Positions 62,170-64,000 of a DNA stretch of 64,000 bases are shown here, piece by piece. The position numbers were made by a program, and so were the translations under genes. This stretch comes from a virus (Duplodnaviria > Caudoviricetes), in the IMG/VR virus record IMGVR_UViG_3300029305_003084. One strand, 5' to 3'. Positions within the stretch are counted from its first letter, which is position 1. Each line of letters starts with the position of its first letter. The notes under the pieces are model-generated. The model was not told the DNA's origin and searched no databases. It worked only from the letters and a program-made list of their open reading frames with translations.

Positions 62170-63477
62170 GTGAAATATGATATGGCGAAATTAATTTGTT
62201 TAGATCCTGGTCATGGTTATGCTACATTAGGTAAACGATCACCTGATAGTAAGTATTATGAATATGAACATAACTGGGATATGTGTCTTAAATTAAAAGC
62301 TGCATTTGAACGTTGCGGATTTAAGACTATTATGACAAGATCAGATCCTTATACTGACACGACTTTAGCTAAGCGATGCAATATTGCAAATAATGCAAAT
62401 GCTGATTTATTTATCAGTATGCATAGCAATGCTGCTGGTAATGGTGGTTGGTATAACGCTAGAGGTTGGTCTGCGTTCGTATATTCTAAAACAGGAACTT
62501 CTTATAAAATTGCAAGTACGATTAATAATGTAGCATTTCCTGCAATTAAGAATACATTTGGACTAAAAACTAGAGGTGTACTTGTTGGTAACTTTGCGGT
62601 CATTAGAGATACTGATATGCCCGCAATTTTAATTGAAAGTGCATTTCATGACAATAAAGAAGATGTAAATCTTCTAGCTTCTCAGACCTTTAGACGTGCA
62701 CATTGCGAGTATATCGTTAAAGGTGTATGTAAGTATTATGGTGTCACTTATGTAGAAAGTAAAGTTTCAATTCCTAGTGTATTAACTACTGGTACTGTAA
62801 CTACTGGTAAATTAAATGTCCGTATTAAACCTAATGCATCTGGTAAGATTATCGGTGGTTTAAATAAAGGATGTACTATTTATATTACCAAATCAGTTGA
62901 TGGTTGGTATCAGATTCTATATGGTGAAAATATTGGATATGTTTCAGGTGATTATGTATCTGCTAATAAAATTATCTCTTCTGAACCTGAAATTAAAAAA
63001 GATGAACCTACTGTAGAAAATGTAACAACATCTACAGAGGTACCAACTAATAATATTACAATCATCAATAAAATTGGTACAGTAAAATCAGGTATTAATT
63101 TAAATGTACGTGATAAAGATTCTGTTAATACTGGAAAAGTATTAGGTATCCTTAGTGGTGGTACTAAAGTATTGATTACTGGAAAAACATCAAATAATTG
63201 GTATCAGATTAAATATAAAGGAAATATTGGGTATGTTTCCGGAAGCTATATCGAAAATATCATTAATTCTAATGTAACATTAATTGATGATATTGGTACT
63301 GTTACACCTAATAGTGGACTAAATGTACGCAATGCTCCTTATACTAGTGGTATAAAATTAGGTACACTAACTAAAAACAGTAAAGTTACAATTATGGGTA
63401 AGACATCCAATAATTGGTATTTAATAGATTTTAATAATAATCTCGGATACGTATCAGGACAATATATTAAACTATAA
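62170..63477 (+). CDS. Endolysin: N-acetylmuramoyl-L-alanine amidase (Amidase_3) + 3 SH3b
   Basis: LDPGHG, E, FISMHSNA, PAILIESAF; three LNVR...WY SH3b repeats. Confidence 0.92.
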   Translation: MKYDMAKLICLDPGHGYATLGKRSPDSKYYEYEHNWDMCLKLKAAFERCGFKTIMTRSDPYTDTTLAKRCNIANNANADLFISMHSNAAGNGGWYNARGWSAFVYSKTGTSYKIASTINNVAFPAIKNTFGLKTRGVLVGNFAVIRDTDMPAILIESAFHDNKEDVNLLASQTFRRAHCEYIVKGVCKYYGVTYVESKVSIPSVLTTGTVTTGKLNVRIKPNASGKIIGGLNKGCTIYITKSVDGWYQILYGENIGYVSGDYVSANKIISSEPEIKKDEPTVENVTTSTEVPTNNITIINKIGTVKSGINLNVRDKDSVNTGKVLGILSGGTKVLITGKTSNNWYQIKYKGNIGYVSGSYIENIINSNVTLIDDIGTVTPNSGLNVRNAPYTSGIKLGTLTKNSKVTIMGKTSNNWYLIDFNNNLGYVSGQYIKL

Positions 63478-63579
63478 TTATATAGAGTATAGTCGGTTCA
63501 AAACTTCCGTCTATACTCTTATTTAAACAATCATTTAATCATATGATTATTGATATTATTTAGAAAGGGGTGAATTTGG

Positions 63580-64000
63580 ATGGATATTGTAGAATACCTT
63601 GAAATATTAGCAGGTAATAGTAATCCAATTACCTGGATATTAGGTGCGGTTGTATTATCATCAATCTTTGTTGAAGTTATTCCTATAAAAATTAATCCCC
63701 TGTCAAAAATTTTAACATTTATTGGAAACTGCTTATTCAGTGATGTTAATTCTAGACTAGACAAAATTGAAAAGCAGATGGATGAAAATGAAATTGATCA
63801 TATTCGATGGGAAATTTTTAATTTCGCAAATTCGTGTCGACATGGAAGAAATCCAGGAAAAGATGAATATGAACATGTGATATCACAAAATGAAAAATAC
63901 AAAGTATTAGTTGAAAAACATAAAATTACAAATGGTGTATATACTGAAGAATTCAATTTTATATTAGATTTATATCATAAATATCAATATAGTAAATTAG
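63580..64000 (+). CDS. Holin-like/lysis-cassette membrane protein, runs off window
   Basis: Manual translation MDIVEY...VLSSIFVEVIPIKINPLSKILTFIG...IRWEIFNFANSCR, a family common next to Firmicute phage lysins; late promoter 63526. Confidence 0.65.
   Translation, partial: MDIVEYLEILAGNSNPITWILGAVVLSSIFVEVIPIKINPLSKILTFIGNCLFSDVNSRLDKIEKQMDENEIDHIRWEIFNFANSCRHGRNPGKDEYEHVISQNEKYKVLVEKHKITNGVYTEEFNFILDLYHKYQYSKL

Noticed and set aside
2230-63764. Many antisense ORFs in the track (e.g. 2230+, 18366+, 19155+, 31210-, 45183-, 57725-, 63531-)
   Set aside because: Overlap well-supported genes on the opposite strand, no RBS or motifs.
1-64000. tRNA/rRNA genes and alternative genetic code
   Set aside because: No cloverleaf or rRNA motifs noticed; long conserved genes read intact with the standard code, and breaks are explained by introns.

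Overview
Very AT-rich segment of a jumbo phage of the phiKZ/AR9(PBS1)-like type with split multisubunit RNA polymerases, probably infecting a Firmicute (SLH, SleB, Amidase_3/SH3b and clostridial holin-like genes). It encodes three RNAP subunit genes (beta' C-half, beta N-half, beta C-half) interrupted by four group I introns, three of which carry HNH homing endonucleases, plus a second beta C-terminal paralog (probably virion RNAP). Also present: NAD ligase, RecA/UvsX, SbcC, SbcD, DnaB-like and RecD/Dda-like helicases, type II topoisomerase B and A subunits, a tubulin/FtsZ protein, two MazF/PemK-like proteins, tail-fibre and lysis genes. Two recurrent promoter motifs (TATATATTAT; AACA-N6-TA/G) resemble AR9 early and late promoters. 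Top non-coding observations: (1) a 7 x 36-nt dual-repeat/dual-9-nt-spacer array at 5941-6192 with the architecture of a TIGR guide-RNA array but no Tas/Nop gene recognisable in the window; (2) a promoter-terminator bounded small RNA at about 42686-42783 that is 23/25 complementary to the RBS/start codon of a gene 8.5 kb away; (3) a 9-nt micro-exon between two tandem group I introns, the second of which appears to end in A instead of the canonical omega-G. All assignments are by eye from motifs; no database searches were run.
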